64,000 nucleotides of DNA, from the NCBI RefSeq assembly GCF_001194135.2, contig NC_068994.1, positions 47,989,234-48,053,233 on the forward strand, written 5' to 3'. Position numbers and translations under genes: made by a program. Source of the stretch: Octopus bimaculoides. Lineage: Eukaryota. The notes under the pieces are model-generated. The model ran no database searches, was not told where the DNA came from, and was given only the letters and a program-made list of their open reading frames with translations. Below, one piece after another: positions 14,211 through 26,313 of this stretch. How positions within the stretch are numbered: the stretch's first letter is position 1; each line of letters begins with the position of its first letter.

Positions 14211-14313
14211 GAAAGTGATAATCTTTGGTGGGATGCCTTTGCAACAGAATTCTTTGAAGATGATGCAACATTAACTTTAACATTCTGTTTAGAAGATGGT
14301 CTAAAACGATACA
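14211..14313 (+). CDS. LDB: LDB/Chip exon, dimerization domain (ESDNLWWDAFATEFFEDDATLTLTFCLEDGLKRY)
   Basis: Near-identical to vertebrate LDB1/2 DSDNLWWDAFATEFFEDDATLTLSFCLEDGPKRY; flanked by ctcacag| and |gtgagt; phase 0 to 1. Confidence 0.97.
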
Positions 14314-14576
14314 GTGAGTATCCTATAATTTTGTCTCTTCTCTCTGCTCTTTAGTTTTTTTGTTTTTTTTTAAATTTTTATTAATCTATATTTTGAAAAG
14401 TCTCCTTTGTATCTTTATATGAATGTTTAAGGATTAGACTATTACAGTTGCTCCTTCTCTTCAGAGCTTGCTAGTCTCCTGTCACTTCCACTCAGGCAAT
14501 TTAATCTCACCCATGCACTGTCCACCCTGCACTAACCACTACATCCAGTCCTACCTTCAAGAAGAATATTAGTTTC

Positions 14577-14778
14577 AAATTTTGGTACAAAGCTAGCAAG
14601 TTTGATGGGGAGATAAGTCGATTTTTATTGACCCCAGTGCTCAACTGGTACTTATTTTATCAACTCCCAAAAGGATGAAAGGCAACGTCAACTCTGGCGG
14701 AATCTGAACTCAGAATATAAAGACAGATGAAATGCCACTAAGCATTTTGCTCAGCATGCTAGCAGTTCTGCCAGCTTG
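14577..14778 (-). mobile_element. tRNA-derived SINE, family A
   Basis: Reverse complement of the GGCAGAA..TTAGCA..AAATGCTTAG..TTCTGAGTTCA(A/G)ATTCC..AGTACCAGTT unit seen repeatedly on the plus strand. Confidence 0.8.
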
Positions 14779-17016
14779 TTGCTTTATTCAAGAAGAAGAA
14801 TTATTAACTGCATCAGTTTCATTGATCTCAGAGTACTTCCAAAAGCTATGGGCACTGCTCCTTTCTCTAAACCAAACCAATAAAAGTCACTGAAAAAATG
14901 TTAACTCATTGTAGTATCATACATTAGTGTGTAATAATACTGAGCACAGTGGATGGAAAAATTGATATAAAATATTGCATAAAATGCCTTGCTATATTTC
15001 ATTAAATTTTTTTGCATTTCAAGTTTGAACCTCTTTACAGACAACCTTTCTTCTCAATTCCAGCATGATTCTTGTTCATACTGCCTCTTATTACTTTAGC
15101 AGTACTACTATTACTCTTCTCCTAGACAGGTTGCCTTCCTTTGTGATATAAGGAACCTTGTGTCTCTTGTCTTCAAAATACAGCAGTCCCCTTTTATACT
15201 ATAGTGGCTACCCTGTCTCCTAGCTGAGTCAACTTCGTTGCAAATTGAGAAGCTTTATATCTACATTGTGGGTTTATGAAACAATGTGGCTGGTACAAGA
15301 GTTGGGGGTGGGAGTTAAATTGTGTGGCAATTAGTGAGTGGAAAGATGGAAAATAGTCAAATTCATTTTCTTTGCTTTCTCCGTCCTTCTGGTACTTTGT
15401 TTTCTTACAATAGAGTATCTTGCAATTTATATATTCACCCATCTGGACAGTGATTCTCACAGTATAGTAGTATCTTGTTGATTTAATAATTCAACATTCC
15501 TATACACATATTCTCCCATCTGGGCTGTTTCATTGACAATACTGCTCCGCAGTAGTGGTGGTGTTTGTATAATTATATGTATGTGAACTGGGGCAGTGAA
15601 AAATTCTTCTGTCCAGGGGAACAGTGAATTTGCATTCCTCTGATATAAGCTGACAAACCACTACAATATCTACTCAACCATATCATTCTATATATGATTT
15701 AATAAGTGGATTTAATAACATGACCTAAGTCTTAACTTCAAAAGTGTTTGTCAAGTGAATGTGTAGATGTGTGTAAGGTTTTCTATATTTTTAAATGTTT
15801 CCCATGTCTTTCTATATAAATGTTTAGCAATTAGATTTTTTTTTTTTTTTCTTTGTAAGATCTACATGTAATGGTTGTGGTTCATATTTTATTGTTTTCT
15901 GAAGTCAGAGATAAGCCCAGATCATTTTGACAGTTGAGTGTAAACTTAAACTTTGTAATGAAGTGAGCTTCCATAGTTTTATGATACTCCATGTTACATT
16001 TGACCCCTCTCTTTTTTACACACACACACACATAGTAATTCAAATGTTCCTAACAGATCAGTTGAACTTCTTAATGTACATCTTAGCTCTTTCTCTCACA
16101 TTACCCATTTCCTCACCACAATTCAATGCATTACATTAACTAGACTGTTTTGTATTAAACATGTTAATTTATAACATGGTTGTTAAGCACTTTATTAACC
16201 TGGCTTATGGCCCTCACTACTGAAATACCATTTATTTCAACAGTAGGGCAGAGGGATTATTTCAAATGCATTGCCTGCATTGTTTAGCTTTGGGTCAACT
16301 TTGAACCAAGCAGATTTATGACCAAAGATGTTCCAGTTATATTACCCCACCTTCTATTCACTCAGTGTATATGAGTCCTTTCATTTTTTATGACAATAGA
16401 GCGTGATCTGAAAGGAATTTATCTGCCTTTTTAAACAAATTGAATGACCTCACTGCTCATAGTAAGAGTTATAGCGGAAGATTGTGTGTGTGTGTGTGTA
16501 CTTTCGATGAAAACTAGACAGAGTCAAACTACTTTAGAAAATGGGGAATATCATAATGACAGTACAACGTTCAGCAAATCATCTGTAAATTACTGCTCTA
16601 GATTGTTCTAGCTATTCACTCCATTTACTCTTTTAGCTGGTTTCAGTCATTGGATTACAACAAGTGACTGGGTTTTAGTCAATTATAATGTCCCCAGTAC
16701 TTTGTAGCTAAATTTCCATCTACCAAATTTCATTCACAAGTCTTTGGTTGCACCAAGGCTATTACAGAAGACACTTGCCTGAAGTTTCACACAATGAAAT
16801 CAAGTCCAGAGCCATGTGGTTGAAGTGTAAAGTTTCATTCATGACTAGCTGAAGGGATTTGGAGATCAAATCAGTCCGTTAACATTCATTCTGAAATTGG
16901 TTAGGAATAGAGTCTGAAAAGAACTCAAGTTAGACTCTTTTGTGAATTTGTTAACCTTGAACTCATAGTAACCTTTTCTGATTTTCTTTTTCTTTCTATT
17001 TTTTTCACCATTTCAG

Positions 17017-17189
17017 CAATTGGACGGACTTTAATACCTCGCTATTTTCGCAGTATATTTGAAGGTGGCATAACAGATCTCTACTACTTACTAAAACATC
17101 CCAAAGAATCATTCCATAATACAACCATTTCACTAGACTGTGACCAGGCTATGATGATCACCCATCATGGCAAACCCATGTTTACTAAG
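17017..17189 (+). CDS. LDB: LDB exon (TIGRTLIPRYFRSIFEGGITDLYYLLKHPKESFHNTTISLDCDQAMMITHHGKPMFTK)
   Basis: Matches LDB dimerization domain; tttcag| and |gtactg; 173 nt, phase 1 to 0. Confidence 0.97.
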
Positions 17190-18441
17190 GTACTGACTAA
17201 ACTGAATTTACATTTTATTTGTCAAAAACTCATCTTAGACATTTAATTGTTTTTCTGCTTGTGTCTACATACAAAAATATAGAGTATCTTAAATGTATTG
17301 TGAAAAACCTATTTGGATGTACAGTGGGAGTTGAGAAAGTTGCTTTTTTTTTTTAATGCTTAGGCCCTAGGACAGCCCTAATTAAACAGATAGGTTTGTG
17401 TTTGTTTTGGGTTTTTTTTAATAAGAATTACATTATCAAATGTATTTCTTTGTTTAACATGGAAGGGTGTGATTTGAGATAGATTTGGCTGTTATTTCTA
17501 GCAATGTAGCTTTCTTATTGCTTTGCGACAATGAGCATGCCCAAAATTGGTGAGATATTTACTAGCTAACAAGATGAGATCTGTGGTTTGCATTTGGCTC
17601 CTGACATTGTATTGTGTTTGTGGCCCAGACATTCAACTCTCATCAAACAGGTTCATTCACCAAAGTAATCATTCATTGTAAAATCAACTCAATCCATTGG
17701 CTTTTAGTGCTGAGTTTGATTCCTCCTGTGAGGGAAATATTTAGACTTGTGCTTGACCAATTTTTCATACAAGAGATTTACTTCATCCATGTAATGCTGA
17801 GAAGAATATTGATAACTGCCTAGGAAGTCTGTATGGTCTAGATGTTTAAAACGTCAGGGGTAAGCAAGAGAAAATTTATTAGCTGGGACTGTCAACAAAA
17901 GAAGCTGTCTAAACTTCTTGCCTACATATACACAGATTTGTTGCTAGAAGTGCTTTGAAGTTATCCATGGAGGCAAGTGAAAATAATATTATAATACTCA
18001 AAAGTTCCATACAACCAGGAGAAGATAGTCAATCAGGAGTGGCGATTTCAAAGCACAAATTGGTCTATTTGTAAGTACAAAGCTGCAATCCATGTTCATG
18101 AAAAGTAGCATGCAGCTCATGGGTGGATCAAATCAATTTTGTTTATAATGTTGCAAACACAATGGGGAAAGTGTGAGTTATTTATCATTGTACCTTATAT
18201 ATAAGAATTTGTGGTTAGGTAATAGTGTGGATTTTTTTTTTTTTTTTTTTTGTGGGGGGAAGTGGTCACAAAATTATGATTATTGTCAACACTTTCAAAC
18301 ATGAACAGTTATGTATCTTGAAACCAGGGGTTGTTTCAGATGGGTTGGCATCAGAATAGTTAATGAATGTTTGTGTGTGGTGTGCGTGTGCAGATATAAA
18401 AATGGAAGATGTCATGAACTCTCTTTTATCTAATTCTACAG

Positions 18442-18564
18442 GTAGTCACTGAAGGAAGATTGATTTTAGAATTTACATTTGATGACCTCATGAGAATTCG
18501 ATCATGGCATTTTGCTACCAGACAACATCGAGAATTAATTCCAAGAAGTGTAATAGCAATGCAG
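18442..18564 (+). CDS. LDB: LDB exon (VVTEGRLILEFTFDDLMRIRSWHFATRQHRELIPRSVIAMQ)
   Basis: Matches LDB VCTEGRLILEFTFDDLMRIKTWHF; ctacag| and |gtaatg; 123 nt. Confidence 0.97.
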
Positions 18565-18656
18565 GTAATGTTTCTTATTTTATAAAAATGGCACATTATT
18601 CCTATGAACTTATTGGCATATCTCCCTTCTGCTTTCTCTTTCTCACTCTCACACTC

Positions 18657-18688
<32 letters not shown>

Positions 18689-20352
18689 ATGTATTTGAAC
18701 AGGCTGGACAGCTCGGAGAGCTGCACCAGGATCCAATTGTCTGTTTTGACATGGTTTCTATAGCTGGATGCCCTTCCTAATGCCAACCATTTTACAGAGT
18801 GTGCTGAGTGCTTTTACATGTCACCAGCATATAGAAAACTGTATGTATATTTGATATAAACACATGTGTACACAAATCATGAATGATGGTTCTGTGCCAT
18901 GTAGTATAGCACAATGCAATGTCTGTAGTGATAATAATGAGATGAGATAGCCAAGTACTGTATAATTAAGGTATTGGACTACCTGCTTATCGGTCATAAG
19001 TTCAAATCCACTGCAGTATTTTATTGTGTTTCTGGTCAGAGCACTTCATTCTCTGATCATATTGAAATGGTGTTTGCAAATTGATTGATATTCTATCCTG
19101 AGAGAGATTTATATTTCTCATATAGATTAACATTAGAGCTAAGCCCCAACCTTTAAGTTGGCATGGGAGACCTATTTTAGTATGGTCTGAGCATATGATG
19201 ATGCAGACGTTATTGTAGTGTATTTGATAATGTTGTAACTAATGTGTTGGGCTACCTATCATGTTTATTAACTCTGGATTTCTTGTAGAAATGGCCATGA
19301 TAGCTGATGACACAGACACATTGTTGCCATCGTCATCTTCGAATTCAATTAGATGAATACTTCTACATCATTAAATATTCCACTTATTAAGCTTAATGTG
19401 TAGGATAGGTAAAACACCTTACTCCACACTATTCTGATCATTTTCTGTACAAACGAGTCAATAAAGAAGCTTCTATGTCAAGCATAGACAACCTCTTTTG
19501 ATAAGCAGGCTGTAAGGGGCATGGCTCATCATCTGATGAGCTACACTACAAATAAAATTCAAGGTGGTTTTCCATTCAGTATGGGCTGCAGTTTGTCCAT
19601 GGTTGTTCAATGTTGTTTGATATGCTAGAATAATAACAGTCAAATAAAAAATGGAATAACCCATTGAAGAAGCAGTCCAATGACTCACAACAATATGATG
19701 GTCATCTAAGGTACATAACTCTGTTTGCTCCGGTTTGGCACACCCTATTTCATGGTTGAATGGTTACCTGTAGAGCATCCAACTGTAAAAAATATGTTCT
19801 CCACAGAGTGTTGTGAAGATACATCTGAAATTTATAGACTTGGCCAACCCATATCTGCATAGGAATTACTTTATATAAGAAAGAAGTGGTTAAATGTAGG
19901 AGATTAAAAATTATGACCTTGCTGTTCTAGGTTGTCTTGTTTTGTTGGTTTATAAATACTACTATATACTTAACTGCTTTGATTATCTATCTATATACAA
20001 ATTAATGTTTAAAATATGGCTAAAACATTTTTCAAATAAATTCCTTTTTAAAGTTTTTCAAGTTTAAACATTTAAATGTTTCTTGAGTATGAGTGACAAA
20101 CACACAAAACATGAATATTCAACAGACATATGTGGTCAGTACCTTTGAAAAACTTAACACAGGATCTATTTATGCTATTATATGGTCACAGTTGCAATGT
20201 GACAGTTGTTAAAGGAATTTTTACTTCCCTTCCCATTTTAGATAGATAGATGTGTATAACTGTAAGCATCTGTTTTTATTTATTTACATATATATATATG
20301 TGTACATATATACTATATATGCAAAATGACTTTTTTCTTCTTTCTCTTACAG

Positions 20353-20433
20353 CAAGATCCTGCTATGGTTGAACAATTAAGTAAAAATATTACTAGACAG
20401 GGTCTGACAAATTATACACTTAACTTTTTACGG
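20353..20433 (+). CDS. LDB: LDB exon, LCCD region (QDPAMVEQLSKNITRQGLTNYTLNFLR)
   Basis: Matches QDPQVLDQLSKNITRMGLTNFTLNYLR; ttacag| and |gtgagt; 81 nt. Confidence 0.97.
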
Positions 20434-20752
20434 GTGAGTAATTTCTCCACACAATTGTTTTTCTTTTGTTTGTAACCAGAATTAGAAAAATATGTCTAAC
20501 AAATTGGTGAGCTGCAACTTACTTCTTGTAGTGTAAGGGCCTTATTAAAAGTGGTAGCTGTAGTTAGTACTAGTAGTGGCAAGAACTATATTTATTTTGA
20601 CAGTCAGCATTAAAGAAGTTGATAGCACCAGCTTTGGAGCCTCTTCCACCTCCATGTCAGCCTTAGATTGTGAAGAACAACTATTATTAATATGTATGCT
20701 GCCTGCATAAAATCTGATGATATGTATTTAACATATGTATATATAAATATAA

Positions 20753-20970
20753 GCGGAGGTGTATGGCTTAGTGGTTAGGGTGTTGAACTCATGATCGCGA
20801 GATTGTGGTTTCAATTCCTGGATTGGGTGATGTGCTGTGATCTTGAGCAAAACATTTCATTTCATTTCACTGGGCCGCTCAGCTTGTAAAAATGAGTAAT
20901 CCTGCGACAAACATATATATTCCAGGGAGGAATATATATGCCTGAGAAACCAGGAAACCGACTCTATGCT
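20753..20970 (+). mobile_element. tRNA-derived SINE with Pol III A/B boxes
   Basis: TGGCTTAGTGG (A box) and GGTTTCAATTCC (B-box-like) followed by a non-tRNA body. Confidence 0.7.
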
Positions 20971-22639
20971 CCTTACAGAGTACTGTGGACTAACCATAAT
21001 ATTATGAAGATTTAGTTGACTATTGTCTTTTTTGTACAAAGCAAAGATTTGCTTTAAAAATTGAAGAGACAATAGACACACCCTGCATGCTTTTTGCAAT
21101 ACTGTTGTGGCATTCTGTATTTACTGCTGTTGCCTCCATGACTGGATGCTACCTATCTATACCTATCCATTTGCTAACAATTTAAATGTGTTCTGTAATT
21201 TAATTGTTGTTTTGCCCAAGGTCAATCCTAATACAGCAGACCTATGAAAAATGGCATTCCAGCCATGGCCATCCTGTGTTTTTGTATATCAGGAACTGCA
21301 TCATATGATGTGTCCTTTATTTTGCTATTTCTATCAGACTGTGCAAGCACAAGGAACTCCTTTGTTGGCCTGTTCTTTTTTTGTGTGTGCTGTGAAGGGA
21401 ATAATTACTTGAGATTTTATCATCTTGCTAAATCTGGAGGGGAGGGGATTCTTCCCATCCCCACACACCCCTACCCCACTCCAAGAAAGAAGTGTGCCCT
21501 TCTAGATAATGTTATTACACCCTTTTCTTCGGGAATTATATTCCCTTCTGATCTTGTAAATCTTGTGTCCTCCCTTCGAAAAATTCCTGGAGCTCCACTT
21601 GTGGCCATTGCTACACCATTAGGGAAGGCAACACAACTGACATTTTTCGTTTGTTTTGTTTTGTTTTTTTTAATCCATATTTTTAAGAGTTTAATAATTT
21701 AAGTTAGGGAACAAAAACAATTTTAAATGAGGCTGAAACAGCAATTTAAAGGACTGCATGGAGAAGAATTAATATATTTAAATACCAGTTTTTCAGCAAC
21801 TTTCAGTGCCAGTAAATAGTAACACTGAGATGCATTGACTTTGAGGTTAAAGTACCTGTTCAAATGATAGCTGTCATAAAAAAAAAGATCTTTTTAATCT
21901 TGTTTCCAGCATGGCTGCAGTCAAATGACTGAAACAAGTCGGAAAATACCACTTACTATTGCCATTGTGCTTGTTCCCTTGGTCATGGCACACAACTCTG
22001 CTTGCTCCAATTTAACAGTATTAATAAAATAATTTTTTTTAATTTCTTTACTTTACTGTTGTGTGATTAATACTAAGACAACCTTGCTGTAGAAGCATTT
22101 CTATTGCTCAACCTTCCCTACTTGTTATACAGAAGGGTGTTTGTAATTAAAGTTACATATCATGGGGAAGGATGAGATAGATTGATGAGGTTTTTTTGTT
22201 TTTTGTTTTTTCTATGAGTAACCAGACAGCAAAAAGACTCAGCAAAAGCAGAACACTTGTTAGATTGCAGACAATTTGGGGTCATACTTTCAAGGATTTT
22301 AGTTAGTCATATCAATTCCAGCCTGGTACCTTTTTATTTGTATGGTTGTGTGGTCAAAAAGTTTGCTTCAAGTGGTTTCAGGTTCAATCCTGCTCTGTGG
22401 CACCTTGGGTCTTCTACTACAGCCCTTTATCAACCAATGCCTTGTGAGTGGAATTGGTAGACAGACTGCATGGAAACCTGTCATGTGGATGGTTATATTG
22501 TATGGCATCTAAGCATGAAACCACATGAGCAAAAGCAGTCATGTTGACAATTCCTGAGACAAATGGAATAAAAACCTCTTACTTGAAAAACACATGGGTC
22601 GCTTCCTCCACGAGGTTCAGTATCCTGAGAGCAGGGCTC

Positions 22640-23190
22640 TTCCACCTAGATCACCTGGCACTTCTTACATGCTACATCTAATTCCTCTCATACACTTTTT
22701 TTCCTAAGCTCATCTGTGCTTCATCTTTCATAGACACTAACATAATTCATCCAGCCAAACAAGCTCACATCATTTCTTTCTAGACTTCATGCAACATAAC
22801 ACCTCATAATCTCATAATCTGTCCTTCATTCAGTGAGAGAAGCCTTTTGCTGATATCAGCAATAATGGCTCCTGAATTTTTTCCATACTGTTGTTACTCT
22901 GGTTATTCTACTTTCTGGGCATCCACCTCCATTGCTAATTAGGTCACCTAGGTAAGAGAAGATGTCAGTTCTGGGCAATCATCCTGATACTTGAAAGAAT
23001 TTCTTTCACTGATGTTCTTACTGCTAACTACCCTGGTGCATCTTCTACGTACCAATATTTTCTTCTTTATTATTCTGCCTGTGATCCCAATGTACCTCCT
23101 GTATACTTCCTAACTACTTCTTTCTTGCATCTGAGCATAGCTTCTTCTGAAATGACAGAAGTCATCAGCACACAGGACTTTCATATGAAA
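22640..23190 (-). mobile_element. RTE-clade LINE ORF2 3' fragment (degenerate)
   Basis: Minus-strand translation gives FSYLGDLISNGGGCPESRITRVTTVWKKFR and LERNDVSLFGWM..STDELRKK..RGIRCS, typical of RTE RT C-termini; stops and frameshifts present. Confidence 0.8.
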
Positions 23191-24569
23191 CCCTAGCTCC
23201 CGTTACTAATTAATATTATTATTATTAGGTGCAGTAAACTGAAGTGGTTGTGTGCTTTGGGAAATGTTTTGTGGTTTTTAGTTATTTTTTCTAAAATTCA
23301 AACCTTGCTACTGTTCTCTCTGCCTTTCATGCATCCAGTAATATACTGAGGTCAAAACTAACTGTTGTTATTAGTGATAGCAGTGTTTAGTATTTAGTCA
23401 GGTCTTTATTGCATTCTGAGTTCAAATCTCACCATAGCAACATTGCTTTTCATCTTTTTGGGTTTATACTGGGGTTAACTTAAATTGACTCTACCCACCT
23501 CCAATGTTTGTGATCTAGTAATAAAGTTACAAATTACTATTGGCACTGTCATGTCACTAAAGACTGTGCACAATGCTTCCCATCAAATGCTAATTTATTT
23601 GTAGTTTCAATGCTGGAATTTAAAGATGTTGCAAATTAAAGATACTAACAGCTTCTACAAAACGGTCTGTATTTAATATTATTACATTGATTGTTATATG
23701 AACAACCCTGCCTAGCAAATTTCATTACCCCTATTTCAAGCCATTTTTACAAACATAGGCTTTGTATAAATATGTCTTACTGTATAGAGCTAAAACATTT
23801 CCCAAGTTGTTTCCCAAAGATTCTTCTCTCTAAGCCACTGTCACTTCAAATTATGTGCACTGAATTCAACAGTGTTTCATCCACTCAGTATGTTTCATTG
23901 TATCTATAATTCATCCCATCTGCTCATGCATTACATACCTGGCTAGAACTATACTAGTTCCTGCAAGGACTGGTTGCTCTACAAATATATATTATGGAGG
24001 CATTGTTTTACAGCAGTATGCCCTTATTATCGCCTACCCTTAACATGCTTTTCAAGTAAGGAATTTTTCATTCCTCTCTTCTTCAAAAGTGATGGGATAG
24101 GGGACAATTTTGTTGATAGAGGACATCAAGAAACATAACTTATTTGTAGCTGAATGCAGAATGTAAACATTCAAATGCACACACACATGCAAACACAACA
24201 GAGCAGGCTTCTGAAGTTTCCATTTACAAAGCATTTGATAACCTGAGGTTATAGGGGAACACATTTGCCTAAGGTACTGCAGAGGAACCCAATAATCTAT
24301 TATATATATATATTATCATCAGTATCATCAATATATGTGTATGGTGCTGTTTATCCTAGGGTTGTCATGGTCCCCAATTTAAAGGCACTACTGAGTGTGA
24401 GGGAATCGTGTGATGCTACTGAGCAACTATAAGTAAACTCAATGCCTTAATTAATTTCCTTCATACAATGGAGGTGTTAGTGATTGAGTATTAGTTCACT
24501 AGCACTCATTGACCTCTGAACTTTTGAATTCAAATCACTGATGCTGATAAATTATTATTATTATTATTA

Positions 24570-25345
24570 TTCCGCTAGGTCAACTTTGCCTTTCATCCTT
24601 TTGGGGTTGATGAAATAAGTACCAGTTGAGTGGGGTGGGGGTCAATGTAATCAACTGGCCCCTTCCCTGAAAATTTTAAGCCTTGTTCTGATAGTAAAAA
24701 AAAATTCAAGCAGCATGGTGGCAGAACCGTTAGCATGCCAGGAAAAATGCTTAGCAGCATTTCGTCTGTCTTTATGTTCTGAGTTCAAACTCCACTGAGG
24801 TCGACTGCTTTTCATTCCTTCGGGGTCAATAAATTAAATACCAGTTGAGCACTGGGGCCAATGGAATCGACTTACCCACTCCCCCAAAATTGCTGGCCTT
24901 GTGCCAAAATTTGAAATCATCATCATCATCATCATCATTATTATTATTATTAGGCAGTGAGCTAGCAGAATCATTAGAGCATCGAACAAAATGCTCTGCA
25001 GTATTTGTTTCAACCCTACATTCTGAGTTCTGTTACTGCTGAGCTCAACTTTGCCTTTTATCTTCCTGGGTGGTCACTAAAATAAAGTACCATTGAAGCA
25101 CGGGGTTCAATGGTATTGATGAGACCCACCCCCATCCCTAGCAAAATTGTTTAAGCATCAAAAAAGAAAAACAATAACTTGGTATATTTGTCCCAGTCTG
25201 TCTGTTCTGAGTTCAAATCCTGCCGAGATCAGCTTTGTCATTTCTCCTTTTAGAGTCAATAAAATAAAGTACCAGACAAATATTGGGGTTCATGTTATCA
25301 ACTAACTCCCTCCCTTCAAAATTGCTGGCCTTTACTTAAATTAGA
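24570..25345 (+). mobile_element. Tandem cluster of about four family-A SINE copies separated by (ATT)n/(ATC)n
   Basis: Repeated TTCTGAGTTCAAA..CTTTGCCTTTCATCC..AAATAAGTACCAG blocks; best copy about 24705-24915. Confidence 0.8.
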
Positions 25346-25698
25346 AACAGTATTTGTTGCTTCATAGTCGCCAGATAACTTGTGGAAAGGGGAACCCCTG
25401 CAATAATGGCAAAGTATTGTAGTAAATTTATTTAATCCCACTGTACTGTGCTTTGTGAGCTGTCTCCTACAATAGCTTTGGGTTGATCTCAGCCTTATGA
25501 ATAAAATTTAGTTAATGGAAACTGCAGAAGTCCATCAAAACAACTATATCAGAATCCACTACATTACAAATATTCCGGTTAGGCCTGAGAATAAACCCAC
25601 AAGTAATGGTTTCTTCTGCTCTTTCCCCTCAACATTCTAACAATCATAGGTGTTGTTCTTACTCTTTTGGTTAATTCATGGAATAAAAAAATGTTTAA

Positions 25699-26123
25699 CC
25701 CTTTAGCATTCAGATTGTGTCATATGTAAGACTTATTCATTCACATTGTTTTGAATCAATCCTGCATTAGCTCATAGTTTTAAGATTTCAATAATGTAAT
25801 TGTTTATCTTGAGAATGAGATTGTAGGATAGGTGTGAAAGGCCAGATTTGAATGGTTTGAGCATAAAATAGAATATTTGAGCCAGATTGTGGCCGGTTTA
25901 ACCCTCTAGTATTTACATTGTTCTATCAAAAGTAATGCTTTTTTTATTCACATTGATTTGAATTAATCATGCATTATCTTGTAGCTATTAAATTTTGATG
26001 AGGCGACTGTTAATTTTTTTAAATTACATTGTAGGGTAGGTGTGAGAGGGCAGATCTGGCCAGTTTGAACATAAAACAGGTAGAATATTTTGGCTGGATA
26101 TGGCCAGTTTAAATGCTAAAGGG
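25699..26123. mobile_element. piggyBac-like MITE (dimeric) with TTAA target-site duplication
   Basis: TTAA|CCCTTTAGCATT ... AATGCTAAAGGG|TTAA, 12-bp perfect TIR; internal second unit begins TTAACCCTCTAG at 25898. Confidence 0.75.
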
Positions 26124-26189
26124 TTAATTCTGTAGCATTTGGTCATTGCATACATAACTTTGCATAGTTTCCATCTTTTTTTTTTACAG

Positions 26190-26313
26190 CTGTGTGTGAT
26201 TCTTGAACCAATGCAGGAGTTGATGTCCCGTCACAAAGCCTACGGACTGAATCCACGCGACTGCCTGAAGACGACACTGTTCCAGAAGTGGCAGAGGATG
26301 GTGGCGCCCCCAG
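26190..26313 (+). CDS. LDB: LDB exon (LCVILEPMQELMSRHKAYGLNPRDCLKTTLFQKWQRMVAPP)
   Basis: Nearly invariant LDB/Chip motif; ttacag| and |gtaaag; phase 0 to 1. Confidence 0.97.

Noticed and set aside
15194-15460. Weak resemblance to LINE RT C-terminus (RYKASQFATKLT)
   Set aside because: Too divergent to call without an HMM search.
18442-18445. GTAG tandem acceptor (and CAAG at 20353) giving +4 shifts
   Set aside because: Common motif with no supporting evidence of use.
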